A DNA stretch of 64,000 nucleotides from contig OZ244809.1 in assembly GCA_965220215.1 (NCBI GenBank), positions 989,366 to 1,053,365 of the forward strand, in the 5' to 3' direction. Source of the stretch: Dehalococcoidia bacterium (lineage in GTDB: Bacteria > Chloroflexota > Dehalococcoidia > SHYD01). Position 1 is the first letter of the stretch, and the number at the start of each line of letters is the position of its first letter. This document shows positions 17,786 through 27,859 of the stretch, piece after piece. Under the pieces are notes generated by a model. The model had not been told where the DNA came from. It was given only the letters and a program-made list of their open reading frames with translations, and ran no database searches. The translations under genes were made by a program, and so were the position numbers.

Positions 17786-19323
17786 AGGTCGTTACCATAG
17801 CCCAGATGCGTGCCTTGGAAGAGCACGCTTTCCAGGAAGGGATGTCTTCACCCATGCTTATGGAACGGGCGGGGCTAGAGACGGCCCGCGGTGTGCGGGA
17901 CCAGCTCGGCGGGGCAGCCGGACGGCGCATAGTGGTGCTGGTTGGGCCCGGCAACAACGGCGGCGATGCCCTTGTGGCTGCCCGCTATCTCTCCGACTGG
18001 GGTGGGCTCCCCCACCTCTTTCTCCTGACCGCCCGCGCAGCCTCCGACTCCAACTTCCAGGCCACCCAAGAGCGTCGTATTCCTGCAACCCTTGCCGGCG
18101 ACTCCACTTATCTCCCTGCGTTGCAACACGCGCTAGGGCAAGGCGAGGCCGTGCTGGACGGCGTTCTGGGCATTGGCAGCGAGCGGCCCTTGGAAGGCAT
18201 CTTCAAGGAGACGCTGGAGTTGGTCCGTCAGGGCAAGGCGCAGCGGCCCAGCCTGCAGCTCATCGCCGTAGATGTGCCCACAGGGCTGGGCGCAGACACC
18301 GGCGCCGCCGACCCCAGCGCCTTTCCCGCAGATACTACTATCTCCCTCGGTGCGCCTAAGCGCGGCCTCTTCGCATTTCCCGGCGCAGCTCTGGTGGGGC
18401 GCTTGCTGACCGCGGACATTGGTCTACCGCCGGAATGGAGCGCAGACCTTCCCGTGACGCTGCTGACGGCGTCGCACGCCCGCAGCCTGCTCCCCGGCCG
18501 TTCTCTAGACGCCAACAAGGGCACCTTTGGCCGTGTGCTGGTAGTGGCCGGGTCGAGCAACTACCCAGGGGCGGCTATCCTGGCCTGTCGCGGCGCAACC
18601 CGCACCGGCGCCGGCTTGGTGACGCTGGCAGCATCACCGTCTGCGATAGACGCCGTGGTTGCGGCCATGCCGGAGACTACCTATCTCCCACTCTCGGATG
18701 AGCCATTGAGCGATGTGAAGGCCCTGCTCACAGCGAGCAGCTACGACGCGCTCCTAGTGGGCTGCGGTCTCGGCGCTCAGCCCGCCTCAAACGCGCTGGT
18801 CTCCGGCCTCTTATTGGATAACCCTGATCTGCCACCCAGTCTGGTCATTGACGCCGACGGCTTGAACATTCTGGCGGGCATCCCTGAATGGTGGAGGCGT
18901 CTCAGCCGCCCCGCCGTTGTCACGCCACACCCAGGAGAGATGGCGCGCCTGTTGAACACGACAATACCGGCTGTGCAGCAAGACCGCATCGCCACGGCTA
19001 CTAGCGCCGCGCAGTCATGGGGCTGCGTAGTGGTGCTCAAGGGCGCCCACACGGTAATCGCAGCGCCGGACGGGCAGTCCTTGGTCAGCCCCTTTGCCAA
19101 CCCCGCGCTGGCTACCGCGGGCACGGGTGACGTGCTGGCGGGCGCACTCGCCGGCCTGCTGGCCCAGGGCGCTTCACCCTTTGACGCGGCGGGCGCAGCG
19201 GTCTACGCCCACGGCCTCGCCGGAGAGCGCTTCTTCCAAAATCATGGCAATGCGGGCCTGCTCGCGTCTGAACTGGCATCGCTGCTGCCCGACGTGCTCA
19301 CCGCCATGCGGCAGGGGACTTAG
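17782..19323 (+). CDS. nnr: Bifunctional NAD(P)H-hydrate repair enzyme Nnr (YjeF-N epimerase plus ADP-dependent dehydratase).
   Basis: N-terminal domain VLVGPGNNGGDALVAARYL. C-terminal domain VLVVAGSSNYPGAAILACRGA and GTGDVLAGALAG. Confidence 0.9.
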   Translation: MKVVTIAQMRALEEHAFQEGMSSPMLMERAGLETARGVRDQLGGAAGRRIVVLVGPGNNGGDALVAARYLSDWGGLPHLFLLTARAASDSNFQATQERRIPATLAGDSTYLPALQHALGQGEAVLDGVLGIGSERPLEGIFKETLELVRQGKAQRPSLQLIAVDVPTGLGADTGAADPSAFPADTTISLGAPKRGLFAFPGAALVGRLLTADIGLPPEWSADLPVTLLTASHARSLLPGRSLDANKGTFGRVLVVAGSSNYPGAAILACRGATRTGAGLVTLAASPSAIDAVVAAMPETTYLPLSDEPLSDVKALLTASSYDALLVGCGLGAQPASNALVSGLLLDNPDLPPSLVIDADGLNILAGIPEWWRRLSRPAVVTPHPGEMARLLNTTIPAVQQDRIATATSAAQSWGCVVVLKGAHTVIAAPDGQSLVSPFANPALATAGTGDVLAGALAGLLAQGASPFDAAGAAVYAHGLAGERFFQNHGNAGLLASELASLLPDVLTAMRQGT

Positions 19324-19327
19324 TAGC

Positions 19328-19912
19328 GTGATCGCCGGACTACTGTTGGCCGCGGGCGAGTCCCGTCGCATGGGTTCGCCCAAGCCGCTGCTGGACTGGC
19401 ATGGCCGCCCGCTGGTGCAACATCAGGTGCGGGAGCTGCGGCGCGGCGGCTGCGACCTCGTGGTGGTGGTGCTGGGCCATCAGGCGGGTCGAGTGGAGTC
19501 CTTTGTCCAAGCATCCCAGGCGCAAGTAGTCTACAACGCCGGCTACCGGGAGGGCAGGGCAAGCTCGGTGCGGGCGGGCGCTCAAGCACTGCCGGGCAAC
19601 CTGGACTGGATTGTAGTGCTGGGCGTTGATCAGCCTCGCCCTGCAAGAGTCGTTGCCGCCATGGTCCAGGCGGCGCGCCAGAGCGATGCCAGCATCCTGC
19701 TACCGGTCTACCAGGGACGCCACGGCCACCCCACGCTGTTCTCGGGGCGTCTTCTGGCGGAGATGGCGCAGGTGCAGGACGAGACCCTCGGCCTGCGGGC
19801 GGTCGTCCGCCGCCACGAATCCGAGTTGCGGGATGTGCCCGTGGACACCGGTGCAGTGTTGCTGGACCTCAACACACCCCAGGACTACACACGAGCCCTT
19901 GCATCAGCATGA
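19328..19912 (+). CDS. MobA-like NTP transferase domain protein (molybdenum cofactor cytidylyl/guanylyltransferase family).
   Basis: GTG start VIAGLLLAAGESRRMGSPKPLLDWHGRPLV. The ORF-track N-terminal extension overlaps nnr in another frame. Confidence 0.7.
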   Translation: MIAGLLLAAGESRRMGSPKPLLDWHGRPLVQHQVRELRRGGCDLVVVVLGHQAGRVESFVQASQAQVVYNAGYREGRASSVRAGAQALPGNLDWIVVLGVDQPRPARVVAAMVQAARQSDASILLPVYQGRHGHPTLFSGRLLAEMAQVQDETLGLRAVVRRHESELRDVPVDTGAVLLDLNTPQDYTRALASA

Positions 19913-20066
19913 TAGAAGGCTGTAGGCAGGCCAAAAGCGTCATGCAACCATCTCTATTGGGAAGTTCAGAGGGGAAGAGGTTCTAGGGAGTATCCCCCAA
20001 AGTATTTCGATAATCTACCTCTTGAACCCCATTGACGAGTTTGGGAGTGATACAAGGACGAGTACC

Positions 20067-20723
20067 ATGGCAATCAGAGTCTTTTCAGATATAGGCCCCT
20101 TTGGCAACAATGTCTACTTGGTCTGGGACGAGGTCAGCAAGGAGACTATGGTTGTTGACACCTCCCTGGGCAGTGAGCGCGTGTGGGACGTCATCCAGCA
20201 AGAGGGGCTGACCTTAAGCTGCATTCTCAACACCCACGGCCACCTGGACCACCTGATCAACAACGCCTACTTCAAGGGTAAAGCGCACGGCGCGGGGCTG
20301 ATCCTGCACAAGGACGACCTCTTCCTGCTAGAGGGCATGGTGGAGGATGCCAAGCGCTGGGGGGTGAACGTTGCGCCCTCTCCTGCGCCCGACCGCTTCA
20401 TTGAGGGCGGCCAGCAGATCACGCTGGGCGAAACCCACTTCCAGGTGCTCCACACGCCCGGCCACACGCCCGGCAGTGTGTCCGTTTACGGAGAGGGCTG
20501 GGTGATTGCGGGCGATACGCTCTTCCAAGGCGCCATCGGCCGCTGCGACCTGCCCGGCGGGAATATGCCCCAGCTGCTGACTTCTATCCGGGAGCAGTTG
20601 CTAACGCTGCCGCAGGACACTACGGTCTACCCCGGCCACGACGCAAAAACAACCATCGGCGACGAACTGGTAGATAACCCCTACCTCCAGGAAAGCTTCC
20701 TCAAGCGTGTAGGGCTGGCGTAG
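20067..20723 (+). CDS. MBL-fold metallo-hydrolase (glyoxalase II-like).
   Basis: The HxHxDH motif NTHGHLDHLIN plus a downstream His and the HTPGH motif are present. Confidence 0.85.
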   Translation: MAIRVFSDIGPFGNNVYLVWDEVSKETMVVDTSLGSERVWDVIQQEGLTLSCILNTHGHLDHLINNAYFKGKAHGAGLILHKDDLFLLEGMVEDAKRWGVNVAPSPAPDRFIEGGQQITLGETHFQVLHTPGHTPGSVSVYGEGWVIAGDTLFQGAIGRCDLPGGNMPQLLTSIREQLLTLPQDTTVYPGHDAKTTIGDELVDNPYLQESFLKRVGLA

Positions 20724-20826
20724 CATGCCCGCTACATTGCTTGCGGCTTCGCCGTGCCCTTTTATCCCATACAACAAGAAATGGGAACGCCCGGAAGCAA
20801 CGCCCTCCGCTGCGCCTCTGTAGGCT

Positions 20827-21429
20827 TTAGAAATCCAGCCCCGGCTGCGCCTTGATCCCCTGCTTGTAGGGGTGCTTTACCTCTCGCATCTCGGTAACCA
20901 GATCGGCGTACTCGATAAGCGCAGGGTCGGCCTTGCGGCCGGTCAGGATGACGTGCAGGTGCGGGGGCCGCGCCCGCAATGCCTCTAAGACTTCCTCAAC
21001 AGGGATCCAGCCGTAGGTTATGGGGTAGGTGATCTCGTCCAGCACCACCACCTGATACTCCGGTGCTTGCAGTTTCTCCTTGGCCGCATCCCAGGCCTCG
21101 CGCGCCAGCGCCTTATCCCGCTCGATGTCCTTGGAGAGCCAGGTAAAGCCTCCGCCCAGGCTGATGATCTCGATGTCCAGCTTGCGGGCTGCGTGGTGCT
21201 CACCATACATGCTCGTGCTCTGCTTGATAAACTGCACGACGACCACCTTCATGCCCCGGCCCCACGCGCGGAACACCACGCCTAGCGCTGCGGTGGTCTT
21301 GCCCTTGCCGTCGCCGGTGTTGACGACTACCAGTCCCCGACGCGTCGAGCCGCCTTCGGAGATACTACGGCGGCCCTGGGTTTCGTCCTGGGCCGCCGCT
21401 TCTTGCTCTGGGTGTGGCTCTTGTGTCAC
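20827..21429 (-). CDS. cobO: Cob(I)yrinic acid a,c-diamide adenosyltransferase (CobO/BtuR).
   Basis: P-loop TGDGKGKTTAALG and full CobA/CobO similarity are recognised. Confidence 0.85.
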   Translation of the reverse strand: MTQEPHPEQEAAAQDETQGRRSISEGGSTRRGLVVVNTGDGKGKTTAALGVVFRAWGRGMKVVVVQFIKQSTSMYGEHHAARKLDIEIISLGGGFTWLSKDIERDKALAREAWDAAKEKLQAPEYQVVVLDEITYPITYGWIPVEEVLEALRARPPHLHVILTGRKADPALIEYADLVTEMREVKHPYKQGIKAQPGLDF

Positions 21430-22502
21430 GGAAGCAGGTCTCGCTGCTTGAGCAGCTCTCCTACGAGCACCGCGCCCTTGGCAGCGCCCATCTTGGTGTT
21501 GTGGGAGAGGAGCACGTACTTGATGCCGTTGTCCAGCGCGCCGTCCTCTCGTAAGCGGCCCACTACCGTCGACATGCCGTCTTCGGTGTCGCGGTCAAGA
21601 CGAGGCTGCGGACGAAAAGGGTCGTCGCTCACGACAATCATATGCTCAGGCGCGGAGGGCAACCCTAACGGCTGCAGCACCGGTGCGTAGGACTCCATCA
21701 CCGCACGGATGTCGGCCACGCTGGCCGGGCGCTCGGTAGAGAGGAAGACCGTCTCTGTGTGGCCGTCCATCACATTGACCCGGGTGCAGGTGCAGCTGAT
21801 ACGAAAGTCAGCGCCGTCAATAGCGCCTTCTCCCAAGCGGCCCAGGATCTTCTTGCTCTCTAATTCGACTCGCTGCTCTTCATTGGGGATGTAGGGGATT
21901 ACATTGTCCAGAATATCTAAGCCCAGCACGCCGCCGGCGCGGCCCGCGCCAGACATAGCCTGCATGGAGGTCATGAGCACTTGGCGCACCCCAAAAGCGT
22001 CCATGATGGGGCGCATGGTCACCGCCAGGCCGGTGGTGGTGCAGTTGGGCTGGGTAACGATGTAACCATGCCAGCCGCGCTCTCTCCGTTGCCGCTCAAT
22101 CAAGGATGTGTGGTCGTCATTAACACCGGGGATGAGCACCGGCACGTCCGGTTCGTCCCTAAATGATCGCGCGGTGCTGATGACTACGGCATGCTTAGCA
22201 AAACGGGGCTCTAGCTCCTTTGCAGCTGCCGTCTCCAATCCGGAGAAGTAGATATCTGCCTCGGTGCCGTCCAGCTTGTCAGCCTGTACCACGGGCATCT
22301 CTAGGACATCCTTATCCGGAGCTTCGTCGCAATACCAATGCGTTGCGCCGGAGGGATCACGCAGCGCATCCTTGTAGCTCTTGCCGGCGGAGCGCTCAGA
22401 CGCGGCGAGTAGTGAAAGCTGGAACCAGGGGTGCTTTTGGAGGGCCACCACAAACTGCTGGCCTACGACTCCGGTGGCACCAATGACTGCGGCGCGAAGC
22501 AT
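21426..22502 (-). CDS. asd: Aspartate-semialdehyde dehydrogenase.
   Basis: NAD-binding AVIGATGVVGQ and an active-site Cys in ISCTCTRVNVMDGHTE are present. Confidence 0.85.
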   Translation of the reverse strand: MLRAAVIGATGVVGQQFVVALQKHPWFQLSLLAASERSAGKSYKDALRDPSGATHWYCDEAPDKDVLEMPVVQADKLDGTEADIYFSGLETAAAKELEPRFAKHAVVISTARSFRDEPDVPVLIPGVNDDHTSLIERQRRERGWHGYIVTQPNCTTTGLAVTMRPIMDAFGVRQVLMTSMQAMSGAGRAGGVLGLDILDNVIPYIPNEEQRVELESKKILGRLGEGAIDGADFRISCTCTRVNVMDGHTETVFLSTERPASVADIRAVMESYAPVLQPLGLPSAPEHMIVVSDDPFRPQPRLDRDTEDGMSTVVGRLREDGALDNGIKYVLLSHNTKMGAAKGAVLVGELLKQRDLLP

Positions 22503-22633
22503 GGGTATGGGTATCCTTTCGATGAAAAGTAAAACTATAGACGAGAACGCCTAACAATTATAGCATCACTTAGGCGCTACGGGGAGGCGTGTTGCGGCTG
22601 ACAATGGGGCAGTCGATATAGTCGCGTTCCCGA

Positions 22634-23359
22634 TCATGGACTCTGCGGGCTGATGTTCTGCGCCACGCTAACGTTACGGGGCAACGGATCCTCCATGAGC
22701 TGCGCCCGCCGCGGCGTGAAGGGCAGCGTGATGATATAGCTGCTAGCTGTGTTCTCGGAGCTGCTAGCCGTATTCGCGGAGACGTACCAAAACCCGGAGC
22801 GAGGCCGACCGCCATCATTCAGCGTATCGGGGTCGGAGAAGGGAATGTCCGCCGATTTCCGGCTGGGCAGCTCCACGATCGTGAAGTGGAGATGCGGCGA
22901 GCCACAGACATAGCCCGTCTTGCCGGTCACACCCAACGCGTCTCCGGCCCTTACCGTTGCGCCTTCAAGCGGAACCACGCTCTGGGGAGCTAGGTGCCTG
23001 TAGATTGACCCGTACCCATCGCCGTGGTCCAGCACCACATAGTTGTCCTGCCCTGAAGAAGCAGGATCGCAGTCGGGGCTGGTTGAGTAGTCTTCCTCCA
23101 GCTCCACGACCGTCCCGTCACTACTGGCGACTACGGTGAAGGTGCCATCACCGGTGGGCGCGGGGGCAAAGTCGTAAGCATACTTGGAGTAGTAGCTCTG
23201 GTGGGTGCCTTGAGCCTGCCCCTGGAAGACGTACATCCGCTGACCCGCTTCCCAGGGCAACAGGAACACCGGCGCTGCGACCGCTGAACGGAGACCGGCT
23301 CCCCCAGACAACGCCGTAAGAGCCAGTACGAGAAGGCCGGCGGCTCCTGCTACACGCAA
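22634..23359 (-). CDS. Secreted M23-family metallopeptidase.
   Basis: Signal peptide. The M23 motifs HGDGYGSIYRHL and GYVCGSPHLHF are present. Confidence 0.85.
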   Translation of the reverse strand: MRVAGAAGLLVLALTALSGGAGLRSAVAAPVFLLPWEAGQRMYVFQGQAQGTHQSYYSKYAYDFAPAPTGDGTFTVVASSDGTVVELEEDYSTSPDCDPASSGQDNYVVLDHGDGYGSIYRHLAPQSVVPLEGATVRAGDALGVTGKTGYVCGSPHLHFTIVELPSRKSADIPFSDPDTLNDGGRPRSGFWYVSANTASSSENTASSYIITLPFTPRRAQLMEDPLPRNVSVAQNISPQSP

Positions 23360-23492
23360 GAAACCCGGCCATTTTCGCCAGGTGCCATTCCTAACTTGCC
23401 GTGGTTGTGCCCCTATGGCTACCCCCTTAGACGCGTGCAGGTTGCTTCATTTGTTCTAACGGGGATAGGGGAAAGAAGTTTCGGAAGGGGCG

Positions 23493-24071
23493 CTAGGCGT
23501 CTTGCTGCGCCTGTTGCGGCTCAGGAGCAAGAAGCTCCATGTGGATGAAGAGATAACCGTTACGCATGACTTCCCGTACCGGTGTAAAGCCAACTTTCAT
23601 GAAGGACTTCTGTGCCCGCACGTTCCACTTGAGGGTATGCAGATAGATGCGCTTCAGGCCGCGTTCGCTGAAGAGATAGTCGGTGAAGAGCGTAATGGCT
23701 TCCGTGCCGTAGCCCTGGCCCCAGTAGTCCTTCCGGCCAATCATGATGCCTAGCTCCGCTTCCGCCCGATACTCGTTATAGTCATAGAACATGCAGTTGC
23801 CAATGTGGTCGCCTGTCCTGATGGCCTCAATGGAGAGATTGAGCTGCCGCGGATAGGGGTGCCCCAAGTCACGCTCTAAGATGCGCTTAAAGTCCGCTCG
23901 CGACATGCGCAGCGCCGGCACGGCGTCGAAGGTCGCCAGCTCTGGGTCCGACCGCCAGTCGAAATCGTCGTCGGCGTCGTCCAGCCGTTTCTCGCGTAGC
24001 ACTACCTGCTCGCCAACCAGGCGGATGGGGGTGCCATCACTGATGGGCGCGGGGTCCGGACGAGCGCTCAC
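23493..24071 (-). CDS. GNAT-family N-acetyltransferase (RimJ/RimL-like).
   Basis: GNAT core IGRKDYWGQGYGTEAI is present. Confidence 0.8.
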   Translation of the reverse strand: MSARPDPAPISDGTPIRLVGEQVVLREKRLDDADDDFDWRSDPELATFDAVPALRMSRADFKRILERDLGHPYPRQLNLSIEAIRTGDHIGNCMFYDYNEYRAEAELGIMIGRKDYWGQGYGTEAITLFTDYLFSERGLKRIYLHTLKWNVRAQKSFMKVGFTPVREVMRNGYLFIHMELLAPEPQQAQQDA

Positions 24072-24583
24072 GGCTGCTCTTCGTTGCCGGGTGAAGACTC
24101 GGGCACAGGTGGATCATCGTCTAACAGAGGCTGGCCGGTCAGCGCTTCGTAGGCCTTCCTAACGATATTCACCTCATTGGGATAGCTCATAGTATCCATT
24201 GCATCTAGAATGGGGAACCAGCGCACCTCATCAAATTCGTGATCATGCAAAGAGATATTGCCGCCACAAGGACGCATCAAGTAGTGGTGCACCGTCTTGT
24301 CGCAGCGGGTATTGTCCTGGGTGCGCATGAAGAAGTAGCGGATGGCGCCCAGCTCGCTCTCAATCTCCACCTGCACGCCGGTCTCCTCGTTCACCTCACG
24401 CCGCGCGGTCTCCTGAATGGCCTCGCCGGGATTGGGCGTCCCTTTAGGAAGCGCCCAGAGGGGCGGCTGGTTGCGGCCGCAGAGCAAGATCTCTAGCTTC
24501 CCTTCACCGCGACGGTACACCACCCCGCCGGCGGAGATCTGCCGCTCGTATTTTGGTCTACGGTTGCTGTTTTCCGAGGTCAT
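24068..24583 (-). CDS. NUDIX hydrolase.
   Basis: Nudix box GEAIQETARREVNEETG is present. Confidence 0.85.
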   Translation of the reverse strand: MTSENSNRRPKYERQISAGGVVYRRGEGKLEILLCGRNQPPLWALPKGTPNPGEAIQETARREVNEETGVQVEIESELGAIRYFFMRTQDNTRCDKTVHHYLMRPCGGNISLHDHEFDEVRWFPILDAMDTMSYPNEVNIVRKAYEALTGQPLLDDDPPVPESSPGNEEQP

Positions 24584-25701
24584 TCGTTTCTCTTCAAAAC
24601 TTGCTGCAGTGGGACAGCCTCAACGCCCAAGGCTCCCGCTACCGCAGGATGGGTTACCGCACCCTGGTAGATGTTCAGCCCCAGGGCAATCGCCTGGTCC
24701 TGCGCCGCCTGCTCCAGGCCCGTGTCTGCAATCTGGGCTATGTAAGGATAACTTGCCGCGGCGTAGGCCTGGCTGGCGGTACGGGGCACCGCTCCCGGCA
24801 TATTTATTACACAATAATGTACCACGCCCTCATCAACGTAAGTGGGGTCGCTGTGGAGCGTGGGCCGGGCCGTCTCGATGCAGCCGCCCTGATCAATAGA
24901 AACATCAATGATAACAGCGCCGGGCTGCATGGTCCGCACCATCTCGCGGGTCACCACAGAAGGGGTTTTAGCCCCCGGGACGAGCACTGCTCCTACCACT
25001 ACATCAGCCACGGGCAGCGTATCCGCCAGCGCGACCTCATTGGAGAGCATGGTTACCAGATTGCCGTGCAAGTTTTCCTGGAGATAGACCAGCCGGCGGT
25101 GGGAGCGGTCGAGCACTGTAACCTCTGCGCCCACGCCCAGGGCCATGCGAGCCGCAGCCGTGCCCACGCTGCCGCCGCCTACGACCACCACTTTGGCAGG
25201 CGATACGCCTACTACGCCCGACAGCAGCTTACCGATACCTCCGCCCGGTTTGGAGAGATAGTATGCGCCAACTTGCAACGTCATCTTGCCCGCAATCTCG
25301 CTCATGGGCGAAAGCACCGGCAGCGCGCCGTCCGCGGTCTGCACCGTCTCAGCGGCAATGCTGTTCACCCGCTCCTTCAGCAGCACCCTCGCAAGGTCTG
25401 CCTCTGCAGCCAGGTGAAAGAAGCAGAAGAGGTTCAGTCCGGCCCGGAAATAGGGATACTCCTCGGGCAACGGCTGCTTAACCTTGACCACCAGCCCTGC
25501 CCGCTCCCAGACCTCGGCGGCGCTCTTAGCGATCTTTACGCCCTGCGTCTTGAAGCTGGCGTCTTCATGGCCGGCGCTCTCGCCCGCGCCGGACTGGAGC
25601 AGTACCGTGTGGCCGCGCTTGACCAGCAGGCCGCATACGCCGGGTGTGAGCCCCACGCGATACTCCTGATCCATCACTTCCTTGGGCACCCCAATAATCA
25701 T
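24580..25701 (-). CDS. ald: Alanine dehydrogenase.
   Basis: MIIGVPKEVMDQEYRVGLTP start and the Rossmann motif VVVGGGSVGTAAA are present. An internal Met was chosen over the ORF-track start at 25716. Confidence 0.9.
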   Translation of the reverse strand: MIIGVPKEVMDQEYRVGLTPGVCGLLVKRGHTVLLQSGAGESAGHEDASFKTQGVKIAKSAAEVWERAGLVVKVKQPLPEEYPYFRAGLNLFCFFHLAAEADLARVLLKERVNSIAAETVQTADGALPVLSPMSEIAGKMTLQVGAYYLSKPGGGIGKLLSGVVGVSPAKVVVVGGGSVGTAAARMALGVGAEVTVLDRSHRRLVYLQENLHGNLVTMLSNEVALADTLPVADVVVGAVLVPGAKTPSVVTREMVRTMQPGAVIIDVSIDQGGCIETARPTLHSDPTYVDEGVVHYCVINMPGAVPRTASQAYAAASYPYIAQIADTGLEQAAQDQAIALGLNIYQGAVTHPAVAGALGVEAVPLQQVLKRNE

Positions 25702-25772
25702 GGCGTTTCTACACAACTAGAATGCGCGCTGACTCAATACTACTTGATGGCATAGCGCAGCGAACCTTGCAG

Positions 25773-26144
25773 CTAGAACTGGGTGAGCGAGAGCAGATTC
25801 CCGTCCGGGTCCTTGAACCAGGCCACTTGTGCGCCGCCCGGCACGCTCCAGACACCATCTTCGTCCTGAGGAAGAAACTCGTAGCGCTCAAAGACCACGT
25901 CTTGCTCGGTGAGACCACGTATAGTGGCGCGAATGTCCTCCACTCGCCACCCTAGCGCGGTGTACGGCGTGGGCGACACTTGCTCCACTTTCTGAAGCCA
26001 CAGCATTGTCCCGTTGGCATTGAACACCATCGCCCACTGCTCATCGGTCACCTGCTGCAGCCCTAACACCTCCCCATAGAAGTGCTTTGCCTGCTCCGGG
26101 TTCTGGGTGGCGGCAAACGCGATAAGACTACTTTTGTCTAGCAT
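25773..26144 (-). CDS. VOC/glyoxalase-family protein.
   Basis: 123-aa glyoxalase-like fold; HFYGEVLGL and FKDPDGNLL motifs are present. Confidence 0.7.
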   Translation of the reverse strand: MLDKSSLIAFAATQNPEQAKHFYGEVLGLQQVTDEQWAMVFNANGTMLWLQKVEQVSPTPYTALGWRVEDIRATIRGLTEQDVVFERYEFLPQDEDGVWSVPGGAQVAWFKDPDGNLLSLTQF

Positions 26145-26165
26145 GCTACAACTCCTTTTGGGGAA

Positions 26166-27158
26166 CTAGCGGCTGGGCGCGGCCGCTTTCACAGGCACTG
26201 GCGTTAACCAGTGGGCGTAGCGCTCGTCTTTGCGACGCACCACCTGCTCAAAGCGCTGCTCCAGGCTCTTGGTTAGGGGTCCCATTGCGCCCTCGCCCAC
26301 CGTGTAGTGATCGACGCTGCCTACAGCGGCGATCTCCATTAACGTGCCGCAGAGGAAGACCTCGTCGGCCACGTAGAGCTCGGTGCGGTCCACCTCTCGC
26401 TCCTCCGTCGCCACGCCCATTTCGTGCAGCATCTCAATGAGACTCTCTCTGGTGATGCTCTCCAGGATGCCCTCTGTCTTGGCCGGCGTGATAGCGACAC
26501 CGTTGCGAACTATGAACACGCATGCGTAAGAGCCCTCGGCTACCTTGCCGCGGTCGTTGAGGATAAGCCCTATGTCGTAGCCGTGAAGCTGTGCCTCGTT
26601 GGAGACATAGCGGCTGTTCTGGTAGTTGGTCACCGCCTTGGCACGGGCGGGCATGACGTTATCGGAGATGCGCGCCCAGGAAGAGACGCCGCCGGACATG
26701 ACCCTGCTCTTGCCCAGGTTGGAGGGCGCAGGCCGAGTGGTAATAAACACCTCGCTTGGGAAGCCGTCTGCTGGGAAGTAGCCGGGCACGCTGCGCCCCA
26801 TGTACGCCAGCGGCTGGCAATAGGCGTCGTCCCGGTAGCCGTTGGCTTGGATCAGAGCCGCAATGGCAGCCTCGATATCCTGAGCCGAGTAGGTCTGCGC
26901 CATACGCATGAACTTGATGGAGTCGGAAAATCGCTTCATGTGCTGATCTAAGCGGAAGATGAGAAACTCCTCCCGCTCCGCATCCCAGTAGGCGCGGATG
27001 CCTTCGAACACCGCAGAGACGCCGGACCAGCCCACCATGGTGACGTGGACGTTCGCCTCCTCCCAGGGGGTGACTTTGCCGGCCCACCAGATATAGGGCG
27101 GGTGCTCCGGCGCGGCGCCCACGTTAGCTGCGTTTTGCTTGGGGTCTTGCGTAGTCAT
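26166..27158 (-). CDS. ilvE: Branched-chain-amino-acid aminotransferase (class IV).
   Basis: 330-aa class IV fold. FEGIRAY and the catalytic Lys region are present. Confidence 0.85.
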   Translation of the reverse strand: MTTQDPKQNAANVGAAPEHPPYIWWAGKVTPWEEANVHVTMVGWSGVSAVFEGIRAYWDAEREEFLIFRLDQHMKRFSDSIKFMRMAQTYSAQDIEAAIAALIQANGYRDDAYCQPLAYMGRSVPGYFPADGFPSEVFITTRPAPSNLGKSRVMSGGVSSWARISDNVMPARAKAVTNYQNSRYVSNEAQLHGYDIGLILNDRGKVAEGSYACVFIVRNGVAITPAKTEGILESITRESLIEMLHEMGVATEEREVDRTELYVADEVFLCGTLMEIAAVGSVDHYTVGEGAMGPLTKSLEQRFEQVVRRKDERYAHWLTPVPVKAAAPSR

Positions 27159-27292
27159 GGTACGCCCGATTGTAGGCCCGCACCCGCAGCGCGGTCAATG
27201 CACTGGGGACTTCCCCAAGCAAAAAAACCTAGTACTATATTCCCTGGCAGTACTACTATCTCTGCGCTATACCAGCGCCACACTAGGGTTGC

Positions 27293-27850
27293 ATGCAAGA
27301 GTTAAAAGCCACAGCCAACCGGCTGGAGTTGCCCGCAATAGCCACTGCGACGGGCCTCGGATTGCTCACCGCGATTATTCTGGGTGGGACTATGTTCCTC
27401 TTGCTGTTGGGCGGTCTGATAGTCGGCTATGGCCTGCTCAAACTCTCCACTCTGCTTAAGGAGCGTCCCGTCAACGAACCCACCGTCCGGGTAAGCGCTG
27501 CCACCGTTGCTGCCGGCAGCGACATCACTGTGCGCTGCGAGCTTCGTCCCAGGCCAGGCACTGCGATTCGGCAGGTGGCCATTGGTCTGGAAGGGATAAC
27601 CGCTCACCAGTCACGGCGCAAGGTGGGCGACATCGATCTTGCAAAGCACAAGCGAGCAGAGATAGTGGTTCCACAGGACAACGAGCCCGGTAGCTCCGCC
27701 GCGGAGGCTTCGCTCAACGTCCCCTTTGATGCACTCCCGACCGTACAGGGGGCGAACTACCGCTGGTATGTCACCCTGCGCGTCTCTACCGACCGGTGGC
27801 CGAGTGCGCTCAACCGCCGCTACGAGATAGACGTGCGCCCTCACGCGTAA
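27293..27850 (+). CDS. Hypothetical membrane protein.
   Basis: Single N-terminal TM helix and no recognisable domain. Confidence 0.45.
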   Translation: MQELKATANRLELPAIATATGLGLLTAIILGGTMFLLLLGGLIVGYGLLKLSTLLKERPVNEPTVRVSAATVAAGSDITVRCELRPRPGTAIRQVAIGLEGITAHQSRRKVGDIDLAKHKRAEIVVPQDNEPGSSAAEASLNVPFDALPTVQGANYRWYVTLRVSTDRWPSALNRRYEIDVRPHA

Positions 27851-27859
27851 GGTGTGCAG

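Noticed and set aside
24553-25755. A 400-aa plus-strand ORF antisense to alanine dehydrogenase.
   Set aside because: It has no motifs and a low-complexity R/H/G-rich translation. The minus strand encodes a clear Ald protein.
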